Shown one piece after another: positions 1 through 14,146 of a stretch of DNA of 64,000 bases. Both the position numbers and the translations under genes were made by a program. Origin of the DNA: Lingula anatina. Taxonomy: Eukaryota > Animalia > Brachiopoda. The notes beneath the pieces are model-generated. The model worked only from the letters and a program-made list of their open reading frames with translations. It did not search any database and had not been told where the DNA came from. The stretch is taken from contig CM120640.1 in NCBI GenBank assembly GCA_051362555.1, forward strand, positions 66,442,788 to 66,506,787, given 5' to 3'. Positions within the stretch are counted from its first letter, which is position 1. Each line of letters begins with the position of its first letter.

Positions 1-91
1 AACTCTTCCTTTCCCTTGTGTTCTAGGTTTAAAGGTGTAATTCCTGGCAATACGTTTGGTGTAATTGTTATTTGATATGTTCTCTTTCAAG

Positions 92-1720
92 GCTTTCGCG
101 AGGGTTGGAATACGGATGCTGCTTGTCTGGCCAGGAATAGCATTGACGTGCCAGAAGCCAACCGAGTCACTGGCTCGACTTTCACAGAATTAAGAAACAA
201 GCTTAACAATACTGAGGTATGAGTAATTTTTTTTGTATGAAAAGCTCCTCAGCCCTTCCCAATTAGCTCACAATCTTGATTCAGTGAAAATAATTTTCAT
301 AAAATGTTTTGACTCATACATGCATTCATACATTCGTGAATTCAGACACATCAATATTTTATTCTACATAACACATGCCACATGGCAATATTTAGATAGA
401 AATAATTAAGTGCTATCGTACAGGTCCCTAGACTAACCACTATATACATGTATATCATTTTACATGAATTCATATTTTGACTTCAGATTGACCTTATCTT
501 CGCCCCTGTCAACACCTTCTCTGACCTCGTGGTGTTGGACACGAAGTATGTCTGCACCCTGGGAAGCGCGGGTCTAATGATGAGAAAAGACATCAAAAAC
601 TCCATGATGTGGTTTCACGATGCTGTTGAGAAAATGAAGACGTCTGGAAAGTTTTCTGAAATCTGTGGAAACGCGCTCAGAGACCACGGTGAGTCTTCTT
701 TTCACAATCCTAAGGCGCGAAACTAGTGTATGCCCTTTTATTAGTTGTAACGAAATATCAGTGGCGTATTTTTACAATTGTAATAATAAGAATAAGATGT
801 ATGCTCTTTTATTTATTCATTTTATTTAGCTTAGTTTATTAAGAGCTGTCGTGCAGACCTTACATTGATTGTACATGGACTTGAAAACTATAGAAACGTT
901 AAGGGTATTTTAAAGTTTTATTATCATCCAGATACCAAAAAAGAGGTTTTTCCTGCTCCTAATCATTCAATAATGCATATACCTTTGTGCTGATTTACAA
1001 CAATAAAGTTCTCCTCGAAAATATAAAATATCGGCGTTTATGTTTACTCGTTTCTATGTATAAGCATAGGCAACATACAGCTTTTATTTAACACTTTGCT
1101 ATTTTGAAGTGAGATAGCAATCGGTATGTGGTGTAGTTTCATCCCTGTACAAGATTTTATCGCAGGAATTGGCATAGTTGACCACAATTGTATGGTTTAC
1201 AATCCCGTGCCTTCATTTTGGTTTAAATGATTTAATATGGAGTTATGAGCCCCATATTACAGGTTTTCATTAAACAAAGGCATAATTTGGGTTTATCAAC
1301 CATAAAATGTGAACTAAGGCTTTTAAGAAAAATAGATGGCGGGGTTTTTTACTAAATGGTGTCTTAAAATTGGCGTTAAAATAGTGTTTGTGGGCGCTCA
1401 GGTAAAGGAAAATTTTGAGAAACCGTTTTTCCGTTTTTATCCCCAAATCGTGATTATGACGTTGCCCGTAAGATGACATGTGTGTAAATGTTTATCAGTT
1501 TATTCACTGAACACTGAAGGTTTATCTGTTATCTAAAAGAATGTATGTAAGGCAGTAAATAAGGAGTTTTTTGCAAACGCGTACAATATCCTTAAGCTAA
1601 ATGAAATGTAGCTTGTTAGTTGATAATTGTTTATAGATAATTCTTCATCATTATCATCCAGATTTTATAACACCACTTTCTCCTATTTTAGGCAAGGCCG
1701 GTATTTGCGTGGCGGGCTAA
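92..1720 (+). CDS. Solute-binding-protein-like gene, paralog A (last 3 exons; 5' part outside window)
   Basis: AG/GT-bounded exons 92-216 (FREGWNTDAACLARN...LNNTE), 487-688 (IDLIFAP...YVCTLGSAGLMMRKD...SGKFSEICGNALRDH) and 1692-1720 (GKAGICVAG*). Exon lengths 125/202/29 are identical to those of paralog D. AATAAA near 1968. Confidence 0.8.
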
Positions 1721-4624
1721 TCCTGTGTACACCCAGCCTCAAACTATTCTTTTCAAGAACAAATAATTTGGAAGGCAAATGGAGTCTACACCAACTTCGA
1801 ATTCTGTTTGATGCTACAATTATCCGGCATATGTCTTTTTATCAACGAAAATCCTGAAGTGTTTCTTTTGAAGTGTTAATTTTTTTTGCACTTTTAGTTA
1901 ATTAACTTGATGCATGTAGGAGTTCTTGTCCTTTTTCTATCAATATATTTAGTTTTCACTTAGGAGGAATAAAAATGTTTATCAACAGGACACATATAAA
2001 GCGATTTTTACACAGAATAATTTTTTATTATTCTTTTGATTCGTACTGATTGGGTACTCAACTTTAAAAAGCGGCAGACGTTTTATCCTACTTTACTTTT
2101 ATAGCTACACATACTATTGCAAAGCCTAGATTACATTTGCCATACATAGTCCTTAACCACTTACATTGTAAAAAAACAAAAATCCTAAGGAAAATAGTAT
2201 ATGATTTCATCGTATGGCACCCGCGGCAAATGTAATCTAGGCTAAAAAGCTTATGGTGGTGCCCAACATTATGCAATGCGTAGAATTACCTAGTATTTTC
2301 AAAAGGGGGGAGAAATGCGGGGACAGAGAGGGGGATAAGCACTCCCCTTTCTTGACACCCTAAATTCGTCAGAGTGCACAATGTGATAACAAAGGTGTTT
2401 TGTCGATTACCGATTTTAAGCAGCAAAAAATACGATCATTGGTAAGTCGTTTTATGTTATTTTAAACATTAATATAGATATGATTTAATTTTCATCTTAA
2501 TAAAATAAGTAATTTGCTCGTTAACTTGACAAGACATGGTCTTGCATTTTACCTTTGCAAGTGATCGTGATTGCAAGGTGAGATTTTATAGAATTAGGAT
2601 TGTGAAAATTTTCGTTCTTGAACAAGACTTAAAGGTATATCGCATCCCCGTCCTGACAATAATAGACATTTTACACACATGTAATTAAACAAAAAACTTT
2701 GGAACAGAGAACGATTTCCCTCTTCAGTTATTGGTGAAACAAGCAAGGTTACAGTAAAGGTGTGCACCCCTGTGTATATATTTCCCATTCATATAATTTT
2801 TGTCGTGGATTATCTCTGTAAATATTTGCACTGCCTCTGGCTACTTCCCGGGACCCCCCACACAGCGGTGTTGGGTTACGTGGACTTCATTGTGTCTGGA
2901 TACGTGTTGCATGATGATTTGTAGACCACCTGTTAAGACATAGGGTTGATTCCAATTGAAGCTGCCGGTCTACGTAGATCGCTCTGAATTCTCGGAGACT
3001 ATCGCTGAATGCAATTAGTTTAACAGATAAATACACCTCCTCTGGCGTTGAAAAGAATATAGAGAAGTGGTTGATTATACGAGTACAATGGAAACAAGAG
3101 GAAGCGTGTTAAACAATTAAACTGATTGCATTCAGCGATAGTCCCCGCAGAGCTAGATTGATCTACAAAGACCGATAGCTTCGATGAGAATGAGCCCATA
3201 CGCATCCACGCCGACGGGTCATCCGAGACATTAGTAAGCTAACTACACTGTACCGCCTGATTGTGAGGCATATGGGCGTGGTGGTGTTACGTGGACACCA
3301 ATATTGTACTCTGCACGCTATGGGCCGTGTGTGCAGGCTAATTACCCTCTAGTGCAGATGACAGGGCTAATTTTTCTACATCTAATATCTAGAATCTTTC
3401 AAAAGCGAAAAAAAGGATTGAGGTTGTATGATGATGCAAAACGTACGGTTGTTTAGAAATGACAGAAGAAAATTATCAAGTCCCACGATAAACTCTGGAA
3501 AGCAAAGACATTTCTGTTTAAGATTATGAAGAATGTTTTATATCAATGATTATTCTAGTAATCAAAGATGATTAAAATTATATCTTTGTGCACAAAAATC
3601 AAATAATATAAAAACGTGTATAACAAATTAGTTTGTGCCCAAAGTGAACAGTCATGCCTGCGACCTCTGTACACAGGGAGTAAAAGCTGAATGAACAAAA
3701 AATTGACCCTACTCAAGGCCAACCCTTTGTGTCACCGTGCCCTGCCAGCGAACACCGCGACAGTGAAAATCCTGGGCCTCCAAAGGTAGCATTAAAGGTA
3801 AGCATTGCTATGTGGCATACCCCGAAGTTACAAGAGATGCTACACAGGGTTTTAGGACCCTTTTTTCCTTTACAGGGGTACAGCAGAGGGCAAAGTCCTT
3901 AAGGTGGGACACTAGTAGGCCTAGTACTAATTTTTTACGATATCGATGAGCATGATCACATTGTGGAAAAAGACTGAAAAAAAAGAAAGAAAAAGACCCA
4001 TTTTCTCATTTTAATTCCGGCAAATGACTACTGTAGATGTATCTTAAATCAGCACGGGTCTTTAAAGTCACAAATGAAACGGTTTTCATGCAGCTCATGA
4101 TTATCGCTGACATCGGAGCCTTCATAAAGTCCCAGTACATGACACTGGTAATGGACACTTGCACGAATCACATTAAAATTGGCGGTGCTTCTTTGGAGAC
4201 AAACGTAACGGTTTCACATTTCGTGTTAGGATTCCCTGTGATATAACAATTAGAATGTTGTCTGTACATGTATATGTGCTGTTAACGAATCCGGATACAT
4301 TCCACAAGCTCACTTCGGACCAAATGCACAGTGAAACATACAGGTATTGCTCTGTTGCAGTCCCCTAAAGTCCGTTTTATATGCTCAGGAGGGGAAAAGG
4401 GTGGTTAAAACGAACTGTGGACTGTCGATTTTTAGGACCAAGATGCCTTTAAACCACTATAAGGGCGTTTCGCATCGACAAGGGAAATGGCACCGGTGGC
4501 GCCCTCTGTGAAGATATATGTAGTGTCTACATGTATATAAGTTGAACACACCACACGCACGCACACACATATAAAGGACGATTTTACTGCTCACACTTAG
4601 CTCAATGCTACACCAGGAACATCA

Positions 4625-7600
4625 ATGAGTGAAGAAGGAGTTAACGGCAAAAACGGTTCCAATTCACAAAACACTCCAGCAGAGAATAACATAGGAAAAA
4701 GAAGGGAAGAAAAAGAAGGTAAGGTATTGGACAACAGACAAAATCTGCCATTATATGCAGATTCCTTACTTCATACTCCATGGTAAGATTTCTGAAATTT
4801 AGCTCTATTATCTCAAAATTTTATTTATAAGGAGCTTTTGCTTGATTTCAAATCTTATATGTTGTTACTTTTTGGTGTCTTCAGACCAATTTTGTGCTTG
4901 CAGACAAGAATTTTGTAGTGTTATTTTCACTATTCACTTTACATGTAGGTGTAAATGTCTTTCTGCCAACCAGAAATACTGATTTCAAAAAAGGAGTTGC
5001 AGTCTGCTTTCGCACAAATATTAAAAATCGAAAAAATAAAATTACTTTGCTACCTTCCAGATAACCTTGTGTCACACATTAAGAAGATTATTTTTTTTTT
5101 AAAAAGGAAAGATATCTATGTGTCGCCCTGATTCTATAGAGTTAACTGGGCGCTTACTGCACTAGCAGCATTACTGCTGTAAACACAGTTTATGTGCACA
5201 TGGAAAAGAAGATGCACATCCGTTCTAAGATAGCCTAGCCCATGGAAACCTGTCACTTGGTCAGTTACTGTGTCCCATGTCCAGAGGCCAGGGTGTCTAA
5301 AATGACAAGGATTTCAAAGCTAACATAATGACCTTTGTCATAGATACTTATGTCTATAAATCATAATGCGACACTCTAATTCCTGTGATGAGTGTGTTAT
5401 AGAGGCACCGGTTGTCTGAAAGCCGAAGCCATGGATTATATCCACCCTTGCCCTAAGTGACGGTTAACAGTTTATGTTATACACATGGCCCGATTCAAAA
5501 TTTATCATTACTATAAACCTCAGAATTTCATCCGCTTTATTTATCATTAATTTACTTCAATCAATCATTGTGTTACGGTTAGATCAATCATAATGTTTTT
5601 CTTTTGCTCGTACTGCTTCTTCTTTGGGAATACGGGTGAATAAAAGCATAATCATTTGGCCAGAAGGGTTGTAGAATAATGAATAATGTCAATTTTTGCC
5701 ATTGGAAAATGAATTTCGGATGCATGGCAAGTCATTTCTCTTTTTTTCCATTAGCGATATAAAATTTGGGGCTAGATTTTTCCAGTCAAAAGGTTGGATA
5801 AGGAGAGGGAACAGCAAACAGCCATCTTTACCTCCTCTACAGTTATGATAGCAATACTACCTAAATCCCAAAGAGAGCAGGGCCATCTGCAGACTTTTTC
5901 AGAGTGTACGCACCAACCATTTTGTCAAAATAACATTTTTTAACACGGCATTTGGCTTGCGTATCATCTTTTGATGTTTGCTTCTTCACCCTTTTTTATC
6001 TCAGAACAATTTGATCTCGTGGACGTATAACTTTGGTCCCAAGCGTGTAATGAGACGTGCTACACGTAGATGGCGCTGCATACGACAGGGTGTGGGTGGG
6101 GTAATTAACCCGTATTGAGAATGCAGAGAGACATTCTACCGTGAAAAGTCTGCCTTTATTCCTGGGGGCGGTAATGGTGTGATATATGTCCATAAATACT
6201 GTCAAGCAACATTCCCCAGTGAGTCAAAGCACTGAGGATATATTGGACGGAATGGGCGGGGTCTTATCAACAATCGGGCGAGAACATTTAGATATATATT
6301 TTGCCTATAAACCACTCAACGCATAGAAACTATCATAATTTCACAATTGTTGTTCCTATTTTCTATTCACTATCTTGTTTTATACAGATATGGGGGAGTC
6401 TTCACGATCTGCAACTGCCATCAGCGTGCTTGCCCTGTTGATCGCCACATCGTCCTTGGTACTGGTTGTCTTAGTATGGGTCAGGCCAGAGCTCATCAGG
6501 TGAGTGTTCATATAATTTGGCCAGAACTTATTGAATTGAATAATTCAAAACTAAGGAAGCCAAAATGAAAGTTGAAGATATTCCAAATCTTATTATGTAA
6601 TGCAGACCATGTAACCAGCCCATCGGGTCACTGACACTCCAATCGCAACGTTGAGTCATTGCTACGTTACTTATTATAACATGATTTTTATCCTGCATTA
6701 TAAAGCCCCCAGAGTGCGTCAACGGCTCAGTTAACAACGCTGGCTGAGCAAGCCGCCACTGATGCAGCGACACAGATAAAGACAATGGTGGAGGCCCTAC
6801 GCAGCGACATAGAAAACCAGGCAGTGACACAGCGCACATACACTTTCTCTTATGGCATAAACTACCCGCCAACAGATTACCTGTAAGATATCAAGGGCTT
6901 TCAATCGATTTTATAAAATAAATTAAGTAAAATATATAATATATAATCAGTTATCGTTATTTGTATTAAGAAAGGTATAATTCATTTAGGGTACTTCTGA
7001 AAGAGTGCTTAATAAACGAAGTCAAAAAGCAATTTTTAGACAAAATTTAACAGATGAGGTAGTTTTATTTTTACATTTTATAGCATAGTTGATCGAAATA
7101 AAATTCCTGTCATGACAAAACATATATATCTTTTTTTTTCCATTTTTGCAGTGACAGAAACGGGTTTTTGAAGGGCCTGAGCAGCGACCTAATGACTGAG
7201 GTCTGCAAGGCAGCTAAGAAGAACTGTACACACGTAGTACGCTATAACCCCCCAACCTGTTGGGATTCACTTAAAAAAACGGGGGAAGGTGAGTCAACCA
7301 TGAACACATATAAATAATGATACTTTGATACTGTTAATTATCAAACAGTGCAATTAAAGCAGTCTTTGATGGGGTAAAATGCTCCGACAGTTTCTTTGAT
7401 ATCAAATTAGAAGACGACTACAAATGGTCTGTTACAGGTTCGATCTGAATAAAACAATAAACCTGTAGAAAGCGCACTTCTAACATTTGTAACATATTTT
7501 AGATTTTGAAAAACCTTACCATTTCTGTCTCGTATCTAGGTCTTCAGAATCGCGAGGTGGACGGATGTGTTGGATTTTATAGGACAGTGGAACGCAGCAA

Positions 7601-10239
7601 TGTTTTTGCTTTTGTCGGTAACATGTATGAACCACCGAAAGGTGCTTTCTACACCAAAGTTGGAGCAACAGTCGACATTGCCACCGCCAAGATAGGTAAG
7701 ATATCAATGACCCTTGTAGGGTCACAGTTCAGTACAATACTCTTTACTCAGAAGTAGACAGGTACACCTATTTGTTTTAATATTTCATGAAAAAGAAATT
7801 GCGATCAACTGTCACAGTGTAGCCAAAAGCGCATGATATTTGTCCAAAGATTTTTTAGCAGATAACTGTATTTGGCTCATTCACTTTTCACTTTACAGTA
7901 CTATACGAGGACCCATTAAATAGGTTTGTTTAGCAGATCCTATGGTTCAAAGTAGATGGTATACATATATAAGTGAACAGTATTATATGACCTTACTCTA
8001 CAGTAACAGGGGCGGATTGAGGCCGTCTTCTGGGTCTTCCGGAAGACGGTCAGATTTTCAAATTTACATTGACGGGTATCTAATTTTTTCTGTCGGAAGA
8101 CGGTCAAAAATGGGGGATGGATAAACAAAGATAATTTGGAAGACTGTCAGAAAACATCCCTGGATCTGCCCCTGAGTAAGGTTTAAAGAATGTGAAACAG
8201 GCAGGGGGTCGACATACACGTTTATTACTTGATAATAGTCATACTGCAAATACTAAATCAATAATAAGAGTTATTATATGCATATTACAAAACAAATACT
8301 TTTAAATACTTTTAAATAATACTAAGATTATAATTATATTTAATACAACAATGCAGATACCGTATACTGAAGGTACATTACATGTACTGAGGCTCATTCG
8401 GTCATTTCGTAATGGACTTGTATACTTCCTCCCAGGGTTTCGCCAATTGTTTTACACCGACGCCACCTGTTTGACCAGGAATTCGGTCACATTTGACGCC
8501 GATGCCATTTATGAGACATCTGCACCAACATGGAGCGAGCTGGTCACCAAGCTTAACGCCAGTGAGGTAGGCCCAGTGACCACATTTAGAGTTTATGTTT
8601 TAATTCATAGCTTCAGGGGGTATATGTTATCAGACTGAAGCAGAATTGCAGCTCGGGTGTTTTAATTTTTTTAGCTAGCTGCATGTTGACTGATCGATCT
8701 CTATATACTTATATGCCTGATATGTACTCGGTACCTGTGGGCTAATCTATTATATCTAAATGTCAACGACTTCCCGCCATTCTAAAGGTGTCGTCACTCT
8801 TTAGCGTTAAGTAATACAAACAACGTTTTAAGAAAATTGCTAACGCGTAGACAAACGCAAGACATTCGTTCATTGTCAAACGCTAGAAAAATGGTGATTT
8901 CTTACACCCAAAATACATGTAGAGCGTATACACTGATTTTCATTATAAAGATCCATTTTTGAAAGTTTATTAAAAGCACTGTTCGTCCAAGTGGAGCTTA
9001 ACTTACATCAATCTAGCAACTTAAACTGAAAAAATAATTACTAGATTTATCTCTTCTTACTCACAAAAAAAAAAACGTACTAAATTTTAAACCTTCGTTA
9101 CTGTCGCTCCAACATCATCTCATATTCTCCAAGCTTGTTACCAAGCTTTTAGAAATTGAAAAAACATTGCGACCTCTTTTGCAACAAGTCATTATGTTTA
9201 GTTGTTTGATGCTTTTGTAATATTAACAAAATCTATAATTAAGTTACATGATTTGGATAATATGGCGCCAGGCAACAGTCAATTTTACACGAAAATTGAC
9301 AAAACTGCATTCTCTTAGAAAGTAATTAAAAAAACCTTCATGACCAGGCATTTTGAAAAATATACTTGAAGTTGAGGACTGAATGTATCAGTGGAATAAA
9401 CGTGCATCTCGTAATACCCCTTAAGCGCAGTTTGAATTATGAACATTAAAAAACTTTCATTACTCAAACCTTCATTACTGAATACTAAAACTTTGCATAC
9501 AAGCAAGGCATGAATTGGAAAATGTTTGCATGAATACACACACAAAAAAATAGATTTATCACTTCCTGTCACAAGAATTTTAGGAAAAGTAGAATTGGCG
9601 AATATATCTTTAACTTCATCTTATTGTTTTCTTCAAATGGATCTATGTATTGAAAATCTGTGATAATCGATTTCACATACTTTACCCATTCGTTCCTTTG
9701 AGTGTGAACCCCTTTTAGTTACTATCTACAAACCATGCGAGCAACTAATAACCCTATACTGTATATTGTTAAATTTTATCAGATCGACGTTATATTCGCC
9801 CCCGAGGACATCGGCCTCTTAGCAAACCTCCAAAAACTCCCAACCACCTACGATTGTACCATCGGTAAAGGCGGCGTCATGGTGAGGAAGGACATGAAAA
9901 ATGACATGATGTGGATCCATGAAGGCTTGGAGAAAATCAAGGAGTCAGGAAAATTCCAGGAGTTGTGCGATAACTCGCTGAGAGACCACGGTAAATAGAG
10001 GAGAGCAAATGTTGTCCACTATTGTAACTATGTGTTGCCATGCGCAGTTTTTTTTGGGGGGGAGTGCCCGATTATAATAAGTATAAGAATAAAGGGAGTT
10101 GTTTAGAGGGTCATGACCTACATTGCTGAAACGATCTTTAAATAATATCTGGTAAACAAAACGAGCTTTAAAGCATATGTGTTTTAAAGTGGGTTCTTCT
10201 TCTTCTTCAGGAGGAGCCAATAACTGCTTGACTGTCTAG
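4625..10239 (+). pseudogene. Solute-binding-protein-like gene, paralog B (complete exon set but 1-nt frameshift near 6855)
   Basis: Exons 4625-4718 (tentative first exon, TATA-like near 4570), 6388-6499 (TM helix), 6706-6881, 7152-7288 (GFLKGLSSDLMTEVCKAAKKNC...CW), 7540-7695 (GLQNREVDGCVGFYRTVERSNVFAF), 8436-8566, 9783-9990, 10211-10239. Exon 6706-6881 is 1 nt short of the phase needed by the next exon. Confidence 0.75.
8007..8174. mobile_element. Small MITE (168 bp)
   Basis: Terminal inverted repeats CAGGGGCGGAT...ATCTGCCCCTG, flanked by AGTAA on both sides. Confidence 0.55.
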
Positions 10240-11479
10240 AAAGTGAAACATGTCGTCCAGGCTCAACTCTGTGGCTACCAGAGCAAGATACGAAAAAGTG
10301 CAATCTATCCAAAGTGAATTTTAAAGATTTAATCAGTATTTTAAATTTATGCAAACAGCTCATTTGCATTTGAATAATTTCTTCAACCAGTAACCTGATC
10401 CCTGCTAACAAGTAGATATTCCGTACATCACGAGAATCATATTGCGATTCCGTTGCTGTACAGCTTTATGGTATATAGTATAATATGTAACAAAAATTTG
10501 TAGTTGATAGATTTGCAATTACTATGAAAATGGTGAGCTTTTTTCTTACTTTTTTTTCCTATGTGTGTCTTATGTGTAGGTGTAATGAGAAATAAAAACT
10601 TTACGTGATGTGTTGAATATTCAAAAGACTGTAGTCTAGATTACCTCCACTAGACAGGTTCAGACAGTCAAGTCACAGTGACTGCTTTTATCGTGGCATA
10701 TTCCAGTGGCATGATCAAATTTGAATTTTGCACACCATAAACAAATTTGCTTAAGACTTTGTAGAAATCTGTCAAAATCAAGATCTGAGAGAAGAAGGAA
10801 GGATGAAATATTGATAGGCTGATTGGCTCCAGCTAGATCACTTGGCACAACTAACACATTTGACAATTAATATTTCTTTGGGGTGTCAATACATATCAAA
10901 CGAAACAATTTCTGACCTACTAAGAGTAAAAAGGCGTCATTGTACAATTCCATTGATGTCTAGAAAAAGAGCCAAGACCAAGTAATTCTCTTGTATTGTT
11001 TATACGTTTCGCGATCTTAAAATCGTCAACCAAGAAATTTCAACACTTAACGGCGATTCCCAAAACGCTCCTGAATGATCATTCCCAACACGCTTAATAT
11101 TTGTATGTCTTTGGATGGCCTTTAAACCCCCTATCAACAAACAGTTCTTAATGATTTCTATAACTTTGCTTTTCTTTTAATTGGGACAATCTATTCCATC
11201 TAATCTGAGGATCTTTTGCTTGGGATTCAATCATTTTAAGAGAGTAAGGAAATATTGATAATCTTATGCTTTGTCATAAAAGGCATCTTTATTGCATCGT
11301 GAATACTCAAAAAGACTAATCACTTTAATTTACTTGCAATTGCTAGACTTTGACACAACTAAAATTTTGTTCCGAACTCGATGCCCTAAATAGAGTTGGA
11401 TGAAAATGTTCCTCTCAGGTCGACTGTCTTACTAGCGACAACTCCAGAGTCCTCCAACCAGGCAGTCCATAGCCTATTA

Positions 11480-14146
11480 TCATAATTTTTTCAATATTGA
11501 TGAACATGATCATTGTGGAAAACAGAATCGAAAACAGAGAAAGGGGCAGTTTGTTAAAAAAATTATACATTCATCATGATCCTTAAAGCAAAAAAAAAAA
11601 AAAAAATGCTTTCCATGCAGTCCATAATCATCGGAGCCTTGCATGACGCCGATAATGGACACTAGCAAGTGTTACATTAAAGTTGGTGTCGCTTCTCCCG
11701 GTGACAGACATAACGTTTTCACATTTCGTGGCAGAATTGCCAATTGATCTAAATCACTTACCACTTGGAGGGCGTCTTAATTTCACTATCAGTGTTTACA
11801 ATTTCTTTTCACAATCAATTTTCCGTTATACAGATATTGAGGAGTCTCCACGTTCCGTATTGGTCATCAGCGTGCTTGCCCTGTTGATCGCCACATTCGT
11901 CCTTGGTACTGGTTATCTTGGTATTGGCCAGGCCAGAGCTCTTCAGATGAGAGTTCATATATATTTGGTTAAAACATGCCGACAACGAGTGAATTAGAAT
12001 CAACGACGCCACTCATTAAAGTAAAGGGTGCTTTATTCATGATTTTAGCGCCAAATTTAATTTTTCTCGAGAAAAACTTTCTTCTTCTCAGGGCGCGTTC
12101 ATGCATTTGGATTTGATGTTAAATACTATTTCTGATTAATAAGTGTCATAATTAATTTAGACCGCCTGTCTAAGTGACCTTTCAGAATGAAATACTGAAA
12201 TTGGATTTTGTTTTTGTACATTTATCGTTTATAAACTCCGAATTGGAAAAAGAAAGTAGGATATTTAGCCATAAAGATATTAGTTTGGGATATTGTTAAA
12301 CGCGTAAAGAATACTAAATACCTTTAAGAGATATTGGAGAAAAAACGATCAGAATTTGTTAAAGTTATTTTAAGATTTCTCCAAATTATTTTATTGTAAA
12401 ACATTAAAAAATGACAATCCAATTATTTTGTATTTTGCCGGTGATTAAAAATACCTTCCTCCCTACAATATCTTGGCACAAGGCACTGCTAATGTTTACT
12501 GACGAAAAAAAGGGCGGAAAAGTAACTCCACGAGTTATAACATGAAAAGAAGCTGTCAAAATCAGTGACCCATTAAGACAAAGCACTTTACTTATGAGAA
12601 ATACTGGTGCCCTCTAAACTAGGTCTAATAAAAAGGCTCATCTATTTCAAACAAAGAGAAAATGCAATCAGACTGAAAGGAACAGAGGGTTGCTAGCTAA
12701 AAGCGTTTAAAATTTGTCCAATGAATTTTTGGAAGAGATCTTTATTTGCCTCAGACACTTTATAATGATGACAGTGCTGGTACAAACAGGAAAAAACTGA
12801 TGGTACTAAGATTATATTTATTACAACAATGCAGATACCTTATACTGAAAGCTATGTACATGTATATAGATGTATAATATATGTGGATTTAAAATCGAAG
12901 GTTGCATGTCATTAGTTTAAATCACAATTTTGATGATGGCCTTTAATTACTTTTCCTTCAGGTGGGCGGATGTGTAGATATAATGAGAAATAAAAACTTT
13001 CGTGACGAGCTGTTGTTGAATGTTGAAAACTGCTATAGCCTAAATGTAGAATATCTCTACGCAAATTGTTTAAAATTCAATTTTCCGTTTATTAAAACAT
13101 CGCTTTTACCGCAAGTTCGAGTTGAATTGTTACTTATCTCCAATATCTGAAAAATATTAATGAGCTCTCAATTACTTGGCATTTTTAACGAGGTCCTCGT
13201 GTCTGCGTAGAAACAGAATGCATTCTGATTATCGGAGGCTTATTAGTTTGACATTCGTTAATCTATATTGACAACGCATAAGACCATGCTTTTCACGTTT
13301 AGTCTTGTAATAAGGAAGCAAAATCGTTATTATGAGAAACGAGTGGTTAAAGTGGATTTACAGCGGGTCCCTGCCGCGCAATTTTGTAAACTTTTCATGA
13401 CAAAGTGGGGGTAACCACATGTGGGGATGCCAGGACATGGACTTACATTCATCATTAGTGTAGGGACAAAAAATTACGTAATGAAGAGAAAAAAAAAAAC
13501 AGAAATTCTTCAGAATTGTCTTGTGTTTCAATGAGCGATCGTATTTGCAATTCTGGCTGTAACGCTATTTTTGATAATGTTTTACCCGTTTCTCAAGGAT
13601 TTCTTTTTTTTTTTTTTTTTTTTGCAGCTTTGGGCATTGATGTTTGGACATTACGTTGCTGTTAAAAACCCTTTTATCAAACACAGCATTTCTGACGTCA
13701 TAACTAAAATGATGGCACTTTGACAGCTGTGTATTGCTACAAATGGCCTCGAAGGATTAGGAACTGGTTTCAATTCCTAGATTTACGGGTGACAATGAGT
13801 ATTGTTACGAAAACCGGGAACTGATACAACATTGGGCGAAAATTTTCCTTCATGTAGCAATGGTGCTAACCAAATTAAAAAAATTAAAAACATTCGTTCT
13901 CTATCATCATAGCAAGAACTACGCCAAGTTTTAAACAAAGTTATTGAAGAAAAAAAACAGAAATTCGAAATCAAGTTCAGAGGTTTAAATTGCAACAATG
14001 GATTCGTTTGGGCTGATCGAAATTAAAAGAAAGGACTAACTTAGAAAACGCGTTTAGATGCAGTTATTGTATTTATTATCTACATTTCTCTCTCTATCTC
14101 TCTCTTTTTCTACCCAGGTGGCCTTAACTGTGTTCCAACAAACTGA
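11480..14146 (+). pseudogene. Decayed paralog C / remnants of solute-binding-protein-like genes
   Basis: Colinear patches similar to 3930-4230, 6340-6540 (TM exon with an extra base and donor GT changed to AT), 7700-7870, 8320-8385 and 10575-10640. Orphan terminal mini-exons at 12962-12993 (GGRMCRYNEK*) and 14118-14146 (GGLNCVPTN*). Confidence 0.65.

Noticed and set aside
899-1596. Possible TTAA-flanked (Kolobok/piggyBac-like) MITE
   Set aside because: The inverted match is only about 11-14 bp with mismatches and no second copy is evident; too weak to call.
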